A DNA stretch of 38,429 nucleotides from Gammaproteobacteria bacterium (lineage in GTDB: Bacteria > Pseudomonadota > Gammaproteobacteria > Steroidobacterales > XN24), in contig JASFEC010000001.1 in NCBI GenBank assembly GCA_050125045.1, forward strand, positions 1 to 38,429, given 5' to 3'. The translations under genes and the position numbers were made by a program. The notes beneath the pieces were generated by a model. The model saw only the letters and a list, made by a program, of their open reading frames with translations, searched no databases and had not been told where the DNA came from. Positions 10,758-21,029 of this stretch are shown one piece after another; the first letter of the stretch is position 1, and every line of letters starts with the position of its first letter.

Positions 10758-12101
10758 TCAGGCCGTCAGGGTTCTCAACAGGTTTGCATAGTCTTCCCGC
10801 ACCCGGGTATCGCTCTCACGCAATTCCCTGATCCGCTTGCAGGCGTGCAATACGGTGGTGTGGTCCTTGCCGCCAAAGGCATCGCCGATCTCAGGGTAAC
10901 TCCGCTCCGTCAGTTCCTTGGCCAGGGCCATCGCGACCTGGCGCGGCCGGGCGACCGCCCGGTTCCGACGCTTCGACATCAGGTCCGCAACACGGATCTT
11001 GTAATACTGCGCCACTGTCTTCTGGATGTTCTCGATGGTCACCAGGCGATCCTGGAGCGAGAGCAGGTCGCCCAGCGCCTTCTTGGCGAAATCCATGGTG
11101 ATCTCTCGATCCAGGAAGCGTGATGTCGCAATCACCCGGCGCAGCGCCCCCTCCAGCTCACGGACATTGGAGCGGATGCGCTTGGCGATCAGGAAGGCCA
11201 CTTCGGAGGGGAGCGTGACGCCTTCCAGGCTGGCTTTCTTCATCAGGATGGCCACGCTGGTCTCGAGCTCGGGTGCCTCGATTGCTACCGTCAGGCCCCA
11301 GCCGAAGCGGGTCTTGAGGCGATCCTCCAGCCCTTCCACTTCCTTCGGGTAACGATCGCAGGACAGGACGATCTGCTGGCGCTCTTCGAACAGGGCGTTG
11401 AAGGTGTGGAAGAACTCCTCCTGGGAGCGCTCCTTGCCGGCAAAAAACTGGATGTCGTCGATCAGCAGGGCGTTGAGCGACCGGTAACTGCGCTTGAACT
11501 CGTCGATGCGGTTGTTCTGCAGGGCCCGGACCATGTCGCTGACGAAACGCTCGGAGTGGACGTAGGCGACGCGCGCACGCGGATTGCGGTCGAGAATCCG
11601 GTTGCCGATGGCGTGCATCAGGTGGGTCTTGCCGAGGCCGACGCCACCGTAGAGGAACAGCGGATTGTAGGAGCCGCCCGGGTTCTCGGCCACCTGGAAG
11701 GCGCCAGCCCGGGCCAGCTGGTTGCTCTTCCCTTCGACGAACGTCTCGAAGCTGAAGTCAGGATTCAGCCGCGCGCCGCTGAAAAACTCGCTGCGCGGCG
11801 GCGGGGCGGCCGAGCTGCCGTCCGGCCGCGGCGTCACTGCAGGCGCGCCGCTTGCCAGGCGTGAACCGACGTCGATCGAGACGTCGACCGGCCCTTCACT
11901 CCCCATGTTGTCCCGCGCAAGCTCGCGAATGCGGCCGAGACAGTGCTGCTGCAGCCAAGCCACCACATAGGGGTTGGGGGCGAGCAGCCGGAGGCTGCCC
12001 TCCTCGCTGATGGCCTGGAGCGGGGCTACGTAGGTGTTGAACTGGTCCGGGGACAGTTCACTCCTGAGCCGATTCAGACATTGGTGCCAGACGGCCGCCA
12101 C
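10758..12101 (-). CDS. dnaA: Chromosomal replication initiator DnaA
   Basis: [69 protein letters not shown]; GTG start with AGGA RBS. Confidence 0.99.
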   Translation of the reverse strand: MAAVWHQCLNRLRSELSPDQFNTYVAPLQAISEEGSLRLLAPNPYVVAWLQQHCLGRIRELARDNMGSEGPVDVSIDVGSRLASGAPAVTPRPDGSSAAPPPRSEFFSGARLNPDFSFETFVEGKSNQLARAGAFQVAENPGGSYNPLFLYGGVGLGKTHLMHAIGNRILDRNPRARVAYVHSERFVSDMVRALQNNRIDEFKRSYRSLNALLIDDIQFFAGKERSQEEFFHTFNALFEERQQIVLSCDRYPKEVEGLEDRLKTRFGWGLTVAIEAPELETSVAILMKKASLEGVTLPSEVAFLIAKRIRSNVRELEGALRRVIATSRFLDREITMDFAKKALGDLLSLQDRLVTIENIQKTVAQYYKIRVADLMSKRRNRAVARPRQVAMALAKELTERSYPEIGDAFGGKDHTTVLHACKRIRELRESDTRVREDYANLLRTLTA

Positions 12102-12141
12102 TTTGCGTCCTGTGAGCCGGGGATTGCCGCGGAAGAGCCGC

Positions 12142-12172
12142 AGTCTATCCCGGCGGGGCCTAGTTATCCACA
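12142..12172 (-). promoter_or_regulatory. dnaA promoter with an overlapping perfect DnaA box (autoregulation)
   Basis: Minus strand -10 TAGACT (12142-12147), 17-bp spacer, -35-like TGGATA (12165-12170) lying within DnaA box TTATCCACA (12164-12172). Confidence 0.75.
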
Positions 12173-12206
12173 GCCCCGACAGCTCGGGGAGCTCAGCGCT
12201 GCATAG

Positions 12207-12235
12207 TTGACAGTCGCATGAGGCGCAAGTACGCT
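12207..12235 (+). promoter_or_regulatory. Sigma70 promoter of the rpmH operon
   Basis: TTGACA (12207-12212), 17 bp, TACGCT (12230-12235). Confidence 0.8.
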
Positions 12236-12298
12236 TTCGCGTCTTTTTGGCGGGCCCAGCCGGGCGCGCGCCCGTACATCTCGGACGGAATCAGTAAC

Positions 12299-12433
12299 AT
12301 GAAGCGCACTTTTCAACCGAGCAATCTGCGACGTAAGCGGACGCATGGGTTCCGGGCCCGCATGGCTACCAAGAACGGCCGCCAGGTCCTCTCGCGCCGG
12401 CGTGCCAAGGGCCGCGCCCGACTCGCCGTCTGA
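12299..12433 (+). CDS. rpmH: 50S ribosomal protein L34
   Basis: [44 protein letters not shown], 44 aa. Confidence 0.99.
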   Translation: MKRTFQPSNLRRKRTHGFRARMATKNGRQVLSRRRAKGRARLAV

Positions 12434-12845
12434 GTCGCGGGACAGCGACGAGCCCGCAGGCGACGCCATCGAGGCGCCTGCTCAGGTCCAGGTCTTCCCC
12501 CGCACTCGACGGCTCCTCTCGCCGCCGGAATTCTCCCGCGTGTTCAGGGCGGGTCGCCGAATCGGCGACCGCTACTTTACCCTGGTGTACGCACCTGGCC
12601 GCGGGCCTGCCGCGAGGCTGGGGCTCGCGGTCTCCCGCAAGGTGTCCCGGCGGGCGGTCGAGCGCAACCGGATCAAGCGCGTGTTGCGGGAGTCCTTTCG
12701 CCGGCACCCGGACCTGCCGGCACTCGATATCGTGGTAATGGCTCGACCGGGCGCCGCGGCATGCGACAATCACGAGCTCTCGGCGAGCATCGACGCCTTG
12801 ATCGAACGGACGGCACGAAAATGCGAAAAATCGCGATCTTCCTGA
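12402..12845 (+). CDS. rnpA: Ribonuclease P protein component (start codon uncertain)
   Basis: FPRTRRL....[34 protein letters not shown] (RNR motif), DIVVMAR. Nearest canonical in-frame start is GTG 12402 inside rpmH. Confidence 0.93.
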   Translation: MPRAAPDSPSESRDSDEPAGDAIEAPAQVQVFPRTRRLLSPPEFSRVFRAGRRIGDRYFTLVYAPGRGPAARLGLAVSRKVSRRAVERNRIKRVLRESFRRHPDLPALDIVVMARPGAAACDNHELSASIDALIERTARKCEKSRSS

Positions 12846-13048
12846 TCCGCGCCTACCAGTGGGTGATCAGCCCGGTCCTGGGCAACAATTGCCGGTTCCA
12901 GCCGACGTGCTCGGAGTACGCCATCGAGGCCATCCGCAGCCACGGGCTGCTGCGCGGCCTCGGCCTCGCCGTCCGTCGTGTCAGCCGCTGCCATCCCTGG
13001 GGGGACCACGGTCACGACCCGGTGCCACCGCGCCAGCCCACCGCCTGA
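12821..13048 (+). CDS. yidD: Membrane protein insertion efficiency factor YidD
   Basis: [33 protein letters not shown]...G.DPVP; ATG 12821. Confidence 0.96.
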   Translation: MRKIAIFLIRAYQWVISPVLGNNCRFQPTCSEYAIEAIRSHGLLRGLGLAVRRVSRCHPWGDHGHDPVPPRQPTA

Positions 13049-13063
13049 GGAAAACCCGAGCTC

Positions 13064-14752
13064 ATGGATAACCAGCGCGTCTTCCTGTGGATCGCCCTCG
13101 CGCTCATGGTGTGGCTGAACTACACCGCCTTCCTGCAGTACCAGCAAGCCAAGGCGCCGCAGCCCCCGGCAGCAGAGAGCACCGCCGAGGGCCCGGGCGG
13201 ACTGGTGGCGCCGGAGCTGCCCGCAGCCACCGACACGCCCGGGCTGCCCGCAAGCGACCCAGATGCCGTGCCGGCGCCGCCCGGCGCGGTGGCCGATGCC
13301 GCTCCGGTTGCCGAGGCAGCCCCGTCGGAACGCCGTATCCGCGTGACCACCGACGTGCTGGAAATGGAGATCAGCCTCAGGGGCGGCGACCTGGTGAAGG
13401 CGGTGCTCCCCGATTACCCGGTGCACAAGAACGCACCTGACATCCCGGTCCAGCTGCTCGATCCGAGCGCCGATGCGCCCTATGTCTTCCGCTCGGGCCT
13501 GACGGCGCGGTCTGCCGAGGCGTCGACGCGGGCCGACACGCTGTTCACGGCGCCACGCATGGAGTACGAGCTGGCGCCCGGCGAGGACATGCTGGAAGTG
13601 CCGCTGACGGCCCGGCTGGAAAACGGCCTGGTAGTGACCAAGACCTGGCGCTTCAGCCGAGGCGGCTACGCGGTCGCGTTGGAGCAACGCCTGGAGAACG
13701 ACAGCGAGCAGCCCTGGCAGGGCGCGAGCTACCTGCAGATCCGGCGGTTGCACGACCCGCCGGGCCGAAGCCTGACCAACGTCGAGAGCTACTCTTTCCG
13801 CGGGCCGGTGACCTTCAACGGCGACAAGTACGAGAAGCTCGATGTCGGCGATCTCGCCACGACCGGAATCGAGTACACCACCGAGGGCGGCTGGGTGGCG
13901 TCCATCCAGCACCATTTCCTGACGGCGGCCATTCCCGGCGGACGCGCCCAGTTCAGCGCAAGCGCAAACGCGGCGGGACTCTACAACGTCACGGCCGTGC
14001 GCATGCCGACGACCGTCGCGCCGGGCCAATCCGCCACGTTCGAAGACCAGTATTTCGTCGGCCCGAAGCTGCAGGAACAGCTGGAGGCGACATCACCGAG
14101 GCTGCGGCTGACGGTGGACTACGGCTGGCTGACCGTGATCTCCCAGCCGCTGTTCTGGCTGCTGTCACAAATTCACGACCTGGTCGGCAACTGGGGCTGG
14201 GCCATCATCCTCATGACCGTGCTCATCAAGCTGGTGTTCTACAAGCTGTCGGAAACCAGCGGCAAGTCGATGGCCAAGATGCGCAAGCTGCAGCCGCGCC
14301 TCAAGTCGCTGCAGGAGCGCTACGCCGACGACCGGCAGAAACTGTCGCAGGCGATGATGGAGCTCTACAAGAAGGAGAAGGTAAACCCGGCGGCGGGTTG
14401 CCTCCCCATTCTGGTACAGATGCCGGTGTTCCTGGCGTTGTACTGGGTATTGCTGGAAAGCGTGGAAATGCGGCAGGCGCCGTTCGCGCTGTGGATCCAG
14501 GATCTTTCCTCGCGCGACCCGTACTTCATCCTGCCGCTGCTGATGGGCGTCACGATGTGGTTCCAGCAGAAGCTGAACCCGGCGCCGCCCGACCCGATGC
14601 AGGCGAAGATCATGCAGCTGCTGCCGGTGATCTTCACCGTGTTCTTCGCGTTTTTCCCGGCGGGCCTGGTGCTCTACTGGTTCGTCAACAACCTGCTGGC
14701 GATCCTCCAGCAGTGGCGCATCAACAAGGTGGTCGAGGCCGGCGGGGCCTAG
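13064..14752 (+). CDS. yidC: Membrane protein insertase YidC
   Basis: MDNQR + TM1, periplasmic domain, VDYGWL..I..PLFWLL, GNWGWAII, NPAAGCLPILVQMPVF, DPYFILP. Confidence 0.98.
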   Translation: MDNQRVFLWIALALMVWLNYTAFLQYQQAKAPQPPAAESTAEGPGGLVAPELPAATDTPGLPASDPDAVPAPPGAVADAAPVAEAAPSERRIRVTTDVLEMEISLRGGDLVKAVLPDYPVHKNAPDIPVQLLDPSADAPYVFRSGLTARSAEASTRADTLFTAPRMEYELAPGEDMLEVPLTARLENGLVVTKTWRFSRGGYAVALEQRLENDSEQPWQGASYLQIRRLHDPPGRSLTNVESYSFRGPVTFNGDKYEKLDVGDLATTGIEYTTEGGWVASIQHHFLTAAIPGGRAQFSASANAAGLYNVTAVRMPTTVAPGQSATFEDQYFVGPKLQEQLEATSPRLRLTVDYGWLTVISQPLFWLLSQIHDLVGNWGWAIILMTVLIKLVFYKLSETSGKSMAKMRKLQPRLKSLQERYADDRQKLSQAMMELYKKEKVNPAAGCLPILVQMPVFLALYWVLLESVEMRQAPFALWIQDLSSRDPYFILPLLMGVTMWFQQKLNPAPPDPMQAKIMQLLPVIFTVFFAFFPAGLVLYWFVNNLLAILQQWRINKVVEAGGA

Positions 14753-14780
14753 TGCCGCGCCCGGCCGGCCCGCCGGCCGG

Positions 14781-16130
14781 ATGAGCAGCCAGCCCGCAGA
14801 CGACACTATCGTCGCCCCGGTCACCCCGCCGGGCCGCGGCGGCGTGAGCATCGTTCGCCTGTCCGGTCCAGGGGCGCTGGCGCTCGCTGCGCACATTACC
14901 GGCACCCTGCCCCCGCCGCGCCGGGCAGCCCTGCGGCAGCTGCATACTGCGGAGGGTCCGGTCGATCGGGGCCTGGTGCTCCTGTTCCCCGGACCTGACT
15001 CCTTCACCGGCGAGGACACCGTGGAGTTCCAGCTGCACGGCAGCCCGGTCGTCACGACACTCCTGGTGCGGGCGCTGGTGGCGCACGGTGCGCGCGAGGC
15101 GGGCCCGGGCGAGTTCACGCGCCGCGCGTTTCTCAACGGCCGGCTTGACCTGGCCCAGGCCGAGGCCGTGGCCGATCTCATCGCCAGTGCTTCTGCCGAG
15201 GCCGCCCGAGCTGCACTTCGGTCGCTCGAGGGTGAGTTCTCCACGCGTGTCGAGGCGCTGGTGGAGGAGCTCATCCGGCTGCGCGTCCGGCTCGAGGCAG
15301 GGCTGGATTTCCCCGAAGAGGGTGTCGACGACTTGGCCGACCCGGAGCTCGAAGGGCTGCTGGTCGGCCTGCTGCGGGAGCTTCGCGACGTGCGCGCCGC
15401 GGCCGATCGCGGCCGCGTCCTGCGCGACGGCCTGACGCTGGTGATCGCGGGCCCGCCCAACGCCGGGAAGTCGAGCCTGCTCAACCGCCTGGCCGGCTAC
15501 GAGGCTGCGATTGTGACCGAGCTGCCGGGCACTACCCGCGACCTCGTGCGCGAGGACATCCTCATCGACGGCATGCCGGTGAGGGTGGTGGACACGGCAG
15601 GGTTGCGCGAGGCGTCGGACCGGGTGGAGCGGGAAGGCATTCGGCGCGCGCGCGAAGCCATGGCCCGCGCTGACCTGGTGCTGCTGGTCGGCGCCGGCGA
15701 CGAGCCGCCGTTGTCGCCGGACCGGTTCGAGCTGCCGCCAGGCGTACCGATGCTGCGGGTGTGCAACAAGACCGACCTCCTGGCACTTCCGCCCGCTGTG
15801 GGTCACGGGCCTGATGGGCTGGAAGAGGTCCGGCTGTCGGCACTCACCGGAGACGGCCTCGATCTGCTCCGCGAGTGGCTGAAGGCGTTCGCCGGCCATG
15901 GTGCCGGCGAGGGCGGGAGCTACGCGGCGCGCCGCCGGCACCTCGAAGCGCTCGACCGCGCCGCGGTTGCCGCGGCACGCGGGCTGGAGCTGCTGCGCGC
16001 CGACAGCGCAGTCGAGCTGGCGGCGGAAGAGCTGCGATCAGCGCAGGCCGCGCTGGGGGAAATCACCGGCGAGGTCTCTACCGAGGACCTGCTTGGCCGG
16101 ATTTTCAGCGAGTTCTGTATCGGCAAGTAG
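14781..16130 (+). CDS. mnmE: tRNA modification GTPase MnmE (TrmE)
   Basis: GEFTRRAFLNG, G1 GPPNAGKSS, GTTRD, DTAGLR, NKTD, C-terminal FCIGK. Confidence 0.98.
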   Translation: MSSQPADDTIVAPVTPPGRGGVSIVRLSGPGALALAAHITGTLPPPRRAALRQLHTAEGPVDRGLVLLFPGPDSFTGEDTVEFQLHGSPVVTTLLVRALVAHGAREAGPGEFTRRAFLNGRLDLAQAEAVADLIASASAEAARAALRSLEGEFSTRVEALVEELIRLRVRLEAGLDFPEEGVDDLADPELEGLLVGLLRELRDVRAAADRGRVLRDGLTLVIAGPPNAGKSSLLNRLAGYEAAIVTELPGTTRDLVREDILIDGMPVRVVDTAGLREASDRVEREGIRRAREAMARADLVLLVGAGDEPPLSPDRFELPPGVPMLRVCNKTDLLALPPAVGHGPDGLEEVRLSALTGDGLDLLREWLKAFAGHGAGEGGSYAARRRHLEALDRAAVAAARGLELLRADSAVELAAEELRSAQAALGEITGEVSTEDLLGRIFSEFCIGK

Positions 16131-16134
16131 CTGT

Positions 16135-17322
16135 TCAGTCGCGTGGCGCAAGCTGCACGACTTTCCCGGGGCGGGACGAGCCCTTCTCGACGAAGACGCG
16201 ATCACGACCGGCGTTCTTGGCCCGGTACAGCGCATCGTCGGCCCGGGCGAGCGTCTCCTCGATGGTTTCACCGTGACGGTAGACCCCGATGCCGGCGGAA
16301 AACGTCACCGTGATGTCCTGCTCGAAACGCTCCTGGGCCAGCACCTGCTGGAGGCGCTCGGCACACTGGCGAGCGCCGTCGATCCCGGTTTCCGGCAACA
16401 GGCCGATGAACTCCTCGCCGCCGAACCGCCCGAAAGCATGGCGACGGCGGCCCGGCGAGATGATGTCTTCGCCCCGCAGCTCCCGCCGCGCGATCTGGGC
16501 GAAGCGACTCAGGACCCGGTCCCCGGCGACATGGCCGTGGCGGTCGTTGATGACCTTGAAGTGGTCCAGGTCGAAAATGATGATCGCGAAGGGCGCATGC
16601 CGCCGCTCCGAGCGCGCGCGCTCCTCTTCCAGCGCCTGCATGATGTAGCGCCGGTTGTAGGCCGAGGTCAGGTGGTCGCGGTCGGCGGCGCGCTGCGCGT
16701 TCTTGACGTGCTGCTGCAGGGCCTCGTTCTGCGCGCGCAACGCGGCCCGCAGCTGGGCCACGTGCGAACCGAAGAAGGTGCACCAGAGCAGGCAGGAAGC
16801 AAGGACGAGGAAGCGCATCGCCTCGTGGAAGAAATTGATCTCCACGCCCCGGAGCACGAGGTCGGCGGCCACCACCACCACGTAACCGGCCAGCGCAAGG
16901 AGCGTGAGCTTGAGAAAGTCGTCGCGATCAAGGCGGAAGATGCCGAACAGCATGATCACGATGTAAACCACCATCATGAGGCTGCGGTCGACGTGGGAGG
17001 CGCCGATGACCACGAGGATCCAGAACAGGCCGAGCGTGACCTGGGCCTTGGTCATGGACGGGTCGGCATAAGTCAGGCTCCGGCCCGAGCGCAGCATGTA
17101 CCAGAACCAGGCGTTCGACAGGACAACGCCGCCCAGCATGCTCAGCATCAGCCAGAGGGGCATGGCGATCAGGCCGCCGGCCCAGCCGATCAGCGCGATG
17201 GTGGCCCACAGCGCATAGGAAGCGAGCGCCATGTAGAAGCGGCGCAGCCGTACCTCGAGGCGCGGATCTGCCTGCCTCCTGTCCACCACGGCTGCCGCTA
17301 CGTCGCCCGTCGGCTTGGCCAA
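16135..17322 (-). CDS. Membrane-bound diguanylate cyclase (GGDEF domain); start uncertain (TTG 17322 or GTG 17370/17289)
   Basis: About 6 hydrophobic helices, coiled-coil linker, DHLT..YNRR, DLDHFKVINDRHGH..GD, RFGGEEF, ADDALYRAK..GRDRV. Confidence 0.93.
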   Translation of the reverse strand: MAKPTGDVAAAVVDRRQADPRLEVRLRRFYMALASYALWATIALIGWAGGLIAMPLWLMLSMLGGVVLSNAWFWYMLRSGRSLTYADPSMTKAQVTLGLFWILVVIGASHVDRSLMMVVYIVIMLFGIFRLDRDDFLKLTLLALAGYVVVVAADLVLRGVEINFFHEAMRFLVLASCLLWCTFFGSHVAQLRAALRAQNEALQQHVKNAQRAADRDHLTSAYNRRYIMQALEEERARSERRHAPFAIIIFDLDHFKVINDRHGHVAGDRVLSRFAQIARRELRGEDIISPGRRRHAFGRFGGEEFIGLLPETGIDGARQCAERLQQVLAQERFEQDITVTFSAGIGVYRHGETIEETLARADDALYRAKNAGRDRVFVEKGSSRPGKVVQLAPRD

Positions 17323-17516
17323 GCGCGTTACCCCGATATGGTCGTCCGGCCCACTGGCCGGGAATAGCACAATGACGGCTTATTATTACCCCTTCTGTGA
17401 TCTCATTCTCATCTCGGCGGCCCTTCGGCTGCCGGCGGGCGCTGAATCGTGCGCTGGTGCACAGGTATTATTGGCGCGCGATTCGGGAAGAGCCGGACCA
17501 AGAGCAGGACATCGCG

Positions 17517-19409
17517 GTGCAGCATCCAGAGCAGTTCGACGTGATCGTGATCGGCGGCGGCCATGCCGGTACCGAGGCGGCGCTGGCGGCCGCCCGCATG
17601 GGCGCGCGCACGCTCCTGCTGACGCACAGCATCGAGACCGTCGGCCAGATGAGCTGCAATCCGGCGATCGGCGGTATCGGCAAGGGGCACCTGGCGCGCG
17701 AGATCGACGCCCTGGGCGGCGCCATGGCACGTGCCGCGGATGCTGCGGGCATTCACTTTCGCACGCTCAATGCGCGCAAGGGACCGGCGGTGCGCGCCAC
17801 CCGCGCCCAGGCCGACCGGGCGCTGTATCGTGCGGCGATCCGCCGCCTGGTGGAGACCCAGCCCGGGTTGTCGCTGTTCCAGCAGGGCGCTGCCGACCTG
17901 CTGATCGAGGGCGAGCGCGTCGCCGGCGTCGTGACGGAGATGGGGCTGTCCTTTCGGGCTGCAGCCATCGTCCTGACCGTGGGCACGTTTCTGGGCGGGC
18001 GCATGCACGTCGGGGAGAGCAGCCACGCCGGCGGCCGGGCCGGGGACGCTCCGGCGAACCGGCTGGCGGCCCGCCTGCGCGAACTGCCGCTGCGCGTCGG
18101 GCGGCTCAAGACCGGCACCCCGCCTCGCCTGGACGCGCGCACACTGGATTTTGGTGCCATGCGCGAGCAGCCCGGCGACGACCCGCGCCCGGTGTTCAGT
18201 TTCCTGGGCCGACCCGAGGATCACCCCCGCCAGGTGCATTGCTGGATCACTCACACCAACGAGCGCACCCACGACATCATCCGTGCGGCGCTGCACCGCT
18301 CGCCCATGTACAGCGGCGTGATCGAGGGCGTGGGCCCCCGTTATTGCCCCTCGGTGGAGGACAAGATCACGCGCTTTGCCGACAAGAATTCGCACCAGGT
18401 GTTCGTCGAGCCCGAAGGGCTCGAGTCCGCCGAGGTGTATCCCAACGGCATCTCGACCAGCCTGCCTTTTGACGTGCAGCACGATCTGGTCCGCAGCATT
18501 CCCGGCTTCGAGCGCGCTCACATCACCCGGCCCGGCTACGCCATCGAGTACGACTATTTCGACCCCCGCGACCTGCGGCCGAGCCTGGAGACACGGCACT
18601 ACCGGGGCCTGTTCTTCGCCGGCCAGATCAACGGCACGACCGGCTACGAGGAAGCGGCCGCCCAGGGGATGCTGGCCGGCATCAATGCCGTGCTCGGGCT
18701 GCGGGGCGAGGGCCCCTGGGTGCCGGGCCGCCATGAGGCGTATCTCGGCGTGCTGGTCGACGACCTGGTGACGCGCGGCACCTCCGAGCCTTATCGCATG
18801 TTCACCAGCCGCGCGGAGTACCGCCTGTTGCTGCGGGAGGACAACGCGGACGAACGGCTTACGCCGAGAGGCCGCGAGCTCGGCCTGGTCGACGATGCCC
18901 GCTGGGCGGCCTTCGAGCGCAAGCAGCGGGCCGTCGAGGCGGAGACAGCGCGGCTCGCCAGCTGCCGGGTACGGCCGGAGACCCTCGATCCGAACCGTGC
19001 CGCGAGGTTTCCCGGGGGCGCCCCGGCGCGCGAGTCGAACGCCCTGGAGCTGCTGCGGCGGCCCGAGGTCTCCTACGCCGACCTGCTGGCGCTGGGATGC
19101 CTCGACGGTCCCGGCGTGGCGCCTGAGGTCGCGCAGCAGATCGAGATCCGCACGCACTACCAGGGGTATATCCGCCGGCAGCAGCAGGAGATCGACCGGC
19201 AGCGGCGCCATGAAACGGCACCCCTGCCCGACGACCTGGACTACGGCGAGGTCCGGGGCCTATCGCACGAGGTGCGCCAGAAGCTGGCCGATGCGCGCCC
19301 CGCCACCCTTGGCCAGGCGGCGCGGCTGCCCGGGGTGACGCCGGCCGCGGTCTCGCTGCTGATGGTGCACCTGAAGCGTCGCCGCCGACCGGACGGGGAG
19401 GTCGCTTGA
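17517..19409 (+). CDS. mnmG: tRNA uridine-5-carboxymethylaminomethyl modification enzyme MnmG (GidA)
   Basis: [81 protein letters not shown]; GTG 17517 with AGGA RBS. Confidence 0.98.
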   Translation: MQHPEQFDVIVIGGGHAGTEAALAAARMGARTLLLTHSIETVGQMSCNPAIGGIGKGHLAREIDALGGAMARAADAAGIHFRTLNARKGPAVRATRAQADRALYRAAIRRLVETQPGLSLFQQGAADLLIEGERVAGVVTEMGLSFRAAAIVLTVGTFLGGRMHVGESSHAGGRAGDAPANRLAARLRELPLRVGRLKTGTPPRLDARTLDFGAMREQPGDDPRPVFSFLGRPEDHPRQVHCWITHTNERTHDIIRAALHRSPMYSGVIEGVGPRYCPSVEDKITRFADKNSHQVFVEPEGLESAEVYPNGISTSLPFDVQHDLVRSIPGFERAHITRPGYAIEYDYFDPRDLRPSLETRHYRGLFFAGQINGTTGYEEAAAQGMLAGINAVLGLRGEGPWVPGRHEAYLGVLVDDLVTRGTSEPYRMFTSRAEYRLLLREDNADERLTPRGRELGLVDDARWAAFERKQRAVEAETARLASCRVRPETLDPNRAARFPGGAPARESNALELLRRPEVSYADLLALGCLDGPGVAPEVAQQIEIRTHYQGYIRRQQQEIDRQRRHETAPLPDDLDYGEVRGLSHEVRQKLADARPATLGQAARLPGVTPAAVSLLMVHLKRRRRPDGEVA

Positions 19410-21028
19410 GGCACCTCCTGCTCGCGGCGCTGCTGGCGCTCGCGCTGTCGGCATGCGGGCGCGAACAGACGGCGCCGGACCGTAACCAAGCGCGGGCGCC
19501 CGAGGGGCCGGTGGTGTTACGCCGCGGCAACGGCCCGGATCCCACGACGCTCGATCCCCAGCGCGCGCAGGACGAGAACAGCCGGGACGTCATCCGCGAT
19601 CTCTACGAAGGGCTGGTGGCCGAGACCAGCGCGGGCGAGCTCGTGCCCGGCGCGGCCGCCTCCTGGGAGGTCAGCGCCGATGGCCTGCGCTGGGTTTTCA
19701 CGCTGCGGCCGGACAATCGCTGGTCGAACGGCGACCCGCTGACGGCGGCGGATTTCGTGGCCGGCTTCCGTCGCGCCGTGGATCCTGCCACGGCCAGCAC
19801 CGAGGCCGGCCTGCTGCTTCCGATCCTCGGGGCCGCGGAGATCATCGCCGGCCAGACGCCGCCTGACACGCTCGGGGTCACCGCACCGGACGACCAGCGC
19901 CTCGAACTGCGCCTCGCGCGGCCGACGCCCTACCTGCTCGGCCTGCTCACCCATCCCATCACCTTCCCGGTGCACCGGCCCAGCCTGGCGGAGCACGGCA
20001 ACGGATTCGCCCGGCCGGGCAAGCTGGTATCGAACGGCGCCTACCGGCTCGATGAGTGGGAGCCCCAGAGCCACATCCAGCTGCTGCGCAACGAGTTCTT
20101 CCGGGAACGGCCGCAGATCGACGTGGTGCGCTTCCGTTTCTTCGATCTGCCGGAGGCGGAGTTGAATCACTATCGCTCCGGCGCTCTCGACTACACGGTC
20201 CAGGTGCCGATGGCCCGCATGGCCTGGCTGCGCGAGAATCTCGGCGACGAGTTGCGCGTGGCGCCGGCGCTCAGCACGCAGTACTGGCTGTTCAACACGC
20301 TGCGCCCACCGACGGACGACGTGCGGGTCCGCCGGGCCCTCGCCATGGCCGTGAACCGTGAACGCCTGGCGGAGGCCGTCGTCGGCTTCGGCGACTACCC
20401 CGCCTACGGCCTCGTGCCGCCGGGCATGCTGAACTACACTTCCCAGTCCTTTGCCTGGCGCGAGCTGCCTTACGAGGAACGCACGGCACGGGCGCGGGCA
20501 CTGCTGCGCGAAGCGGGTTACGGCCCCGACAATCCGCTCGAGCTGACGGTGCACTACAACACCGATGAGAACCTGCGCCGCGTAGCCGTGGCCGTCACCT
20601 CGATGTGGCGTGAGCACCTTGGCGTCGAGGCCACGCTGCATAACGAGGAGTTCCGCGTGATGCTCGCCCGGCGGCAGGACCCGGATGCGTGGCGCGTGCT
20701 GCGGCTGTCCTGGCGCGGCGACTACAACGATGCCTCCAATTTCCTGGAAATCCTGGCGCCCACCGGTGCGGTGCCGGACACCGGCTGGGTCGACGAGGAA
20801 TACGTGCGCCTGCTGCAGCAGGCGGCGGTCGAGCAGGATCCGTCGACCCGCCGCGCGCTGCTGGAGGCCGCCGAGCGGCGCATGCTCGAGTTCGTACCCA
20901 TCCTGCCGCTTTATCACCCGGTGGGGAGGCACCTCGTCAAGCCGTGGGTAAAGGGTTATCAGCACAACATCCTCAACCGCGCCTATTCGCGCAATCTGGC
21001 CATCGATATCCAGCAGCGGGGCTTCTGA
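19406..21028 (+). CDS. Oligopeptide ABC transporter substrate-binding lipoprotein (family 5, OppA/MppA-like)
   Basis: Lipobox LSAC; [54 protein letters not shown]; TTG start overlapping the mnmG stop. Confidence 0.92.
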   Translation: MRHLLLAALLALALSACGREQTAPDRNQARAPEGPVVLRRGNGPDPTTLDPQRAQDENSRDVIRDLYEGLVAETSAGELVPGAAASWEVSADGLRWVFTLRPDNRWSNGDPLTAADFVAGFRRAVDPATASTEAGLLLPILGAAEIIAGQTPPDTLGVTAPDDQRLELRLARPTPYLLGLLTHPITFPVHRPSLAEHGNGFARPGKLVSNGAYRLDEWEPQSHIQLLRNEFFRERPQIDVVRFRFFDLPEAELNHYRSGALDYTVQVPMARMAWLRENLGDELRVAPALSTQYWLFNTLRPPTDDVRVRRALAMAVNRERLAEAVVGFGDYPAYGLVPPGMLNYTSQSFAWRELPYEERTARARALLREAGYGPDNPLELTVHYNTDENLRRVAVAVTSMWREHLGVEATLHNEEFRVMLARRQDPDAWRVLRLSWRGDYNDASNFLEILAPTGAVPDTGWVDEEYVRLLQQAAVEQDPSTRRALLEAAERRMLEFVPILPLYHPVGRHLVKPWVKGYQHNILNRAYSRNLAIDIQQRGF

Positions 21029-21029
21029 G

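Noticed and set aside
12102-12298. dnaA-rpmH intergenic region as oriC (Pseudomonas-like)
   Set aside because: Only one DnaA box and no AT-rich unwinding element; explained as divergent promoters.
17340-17516. Enteric-type oriC upstream of mnmG/gidA
   Set aside because: No DnaA boxes and no GATC cluster; the AT-rich patches fit divergent promoters.
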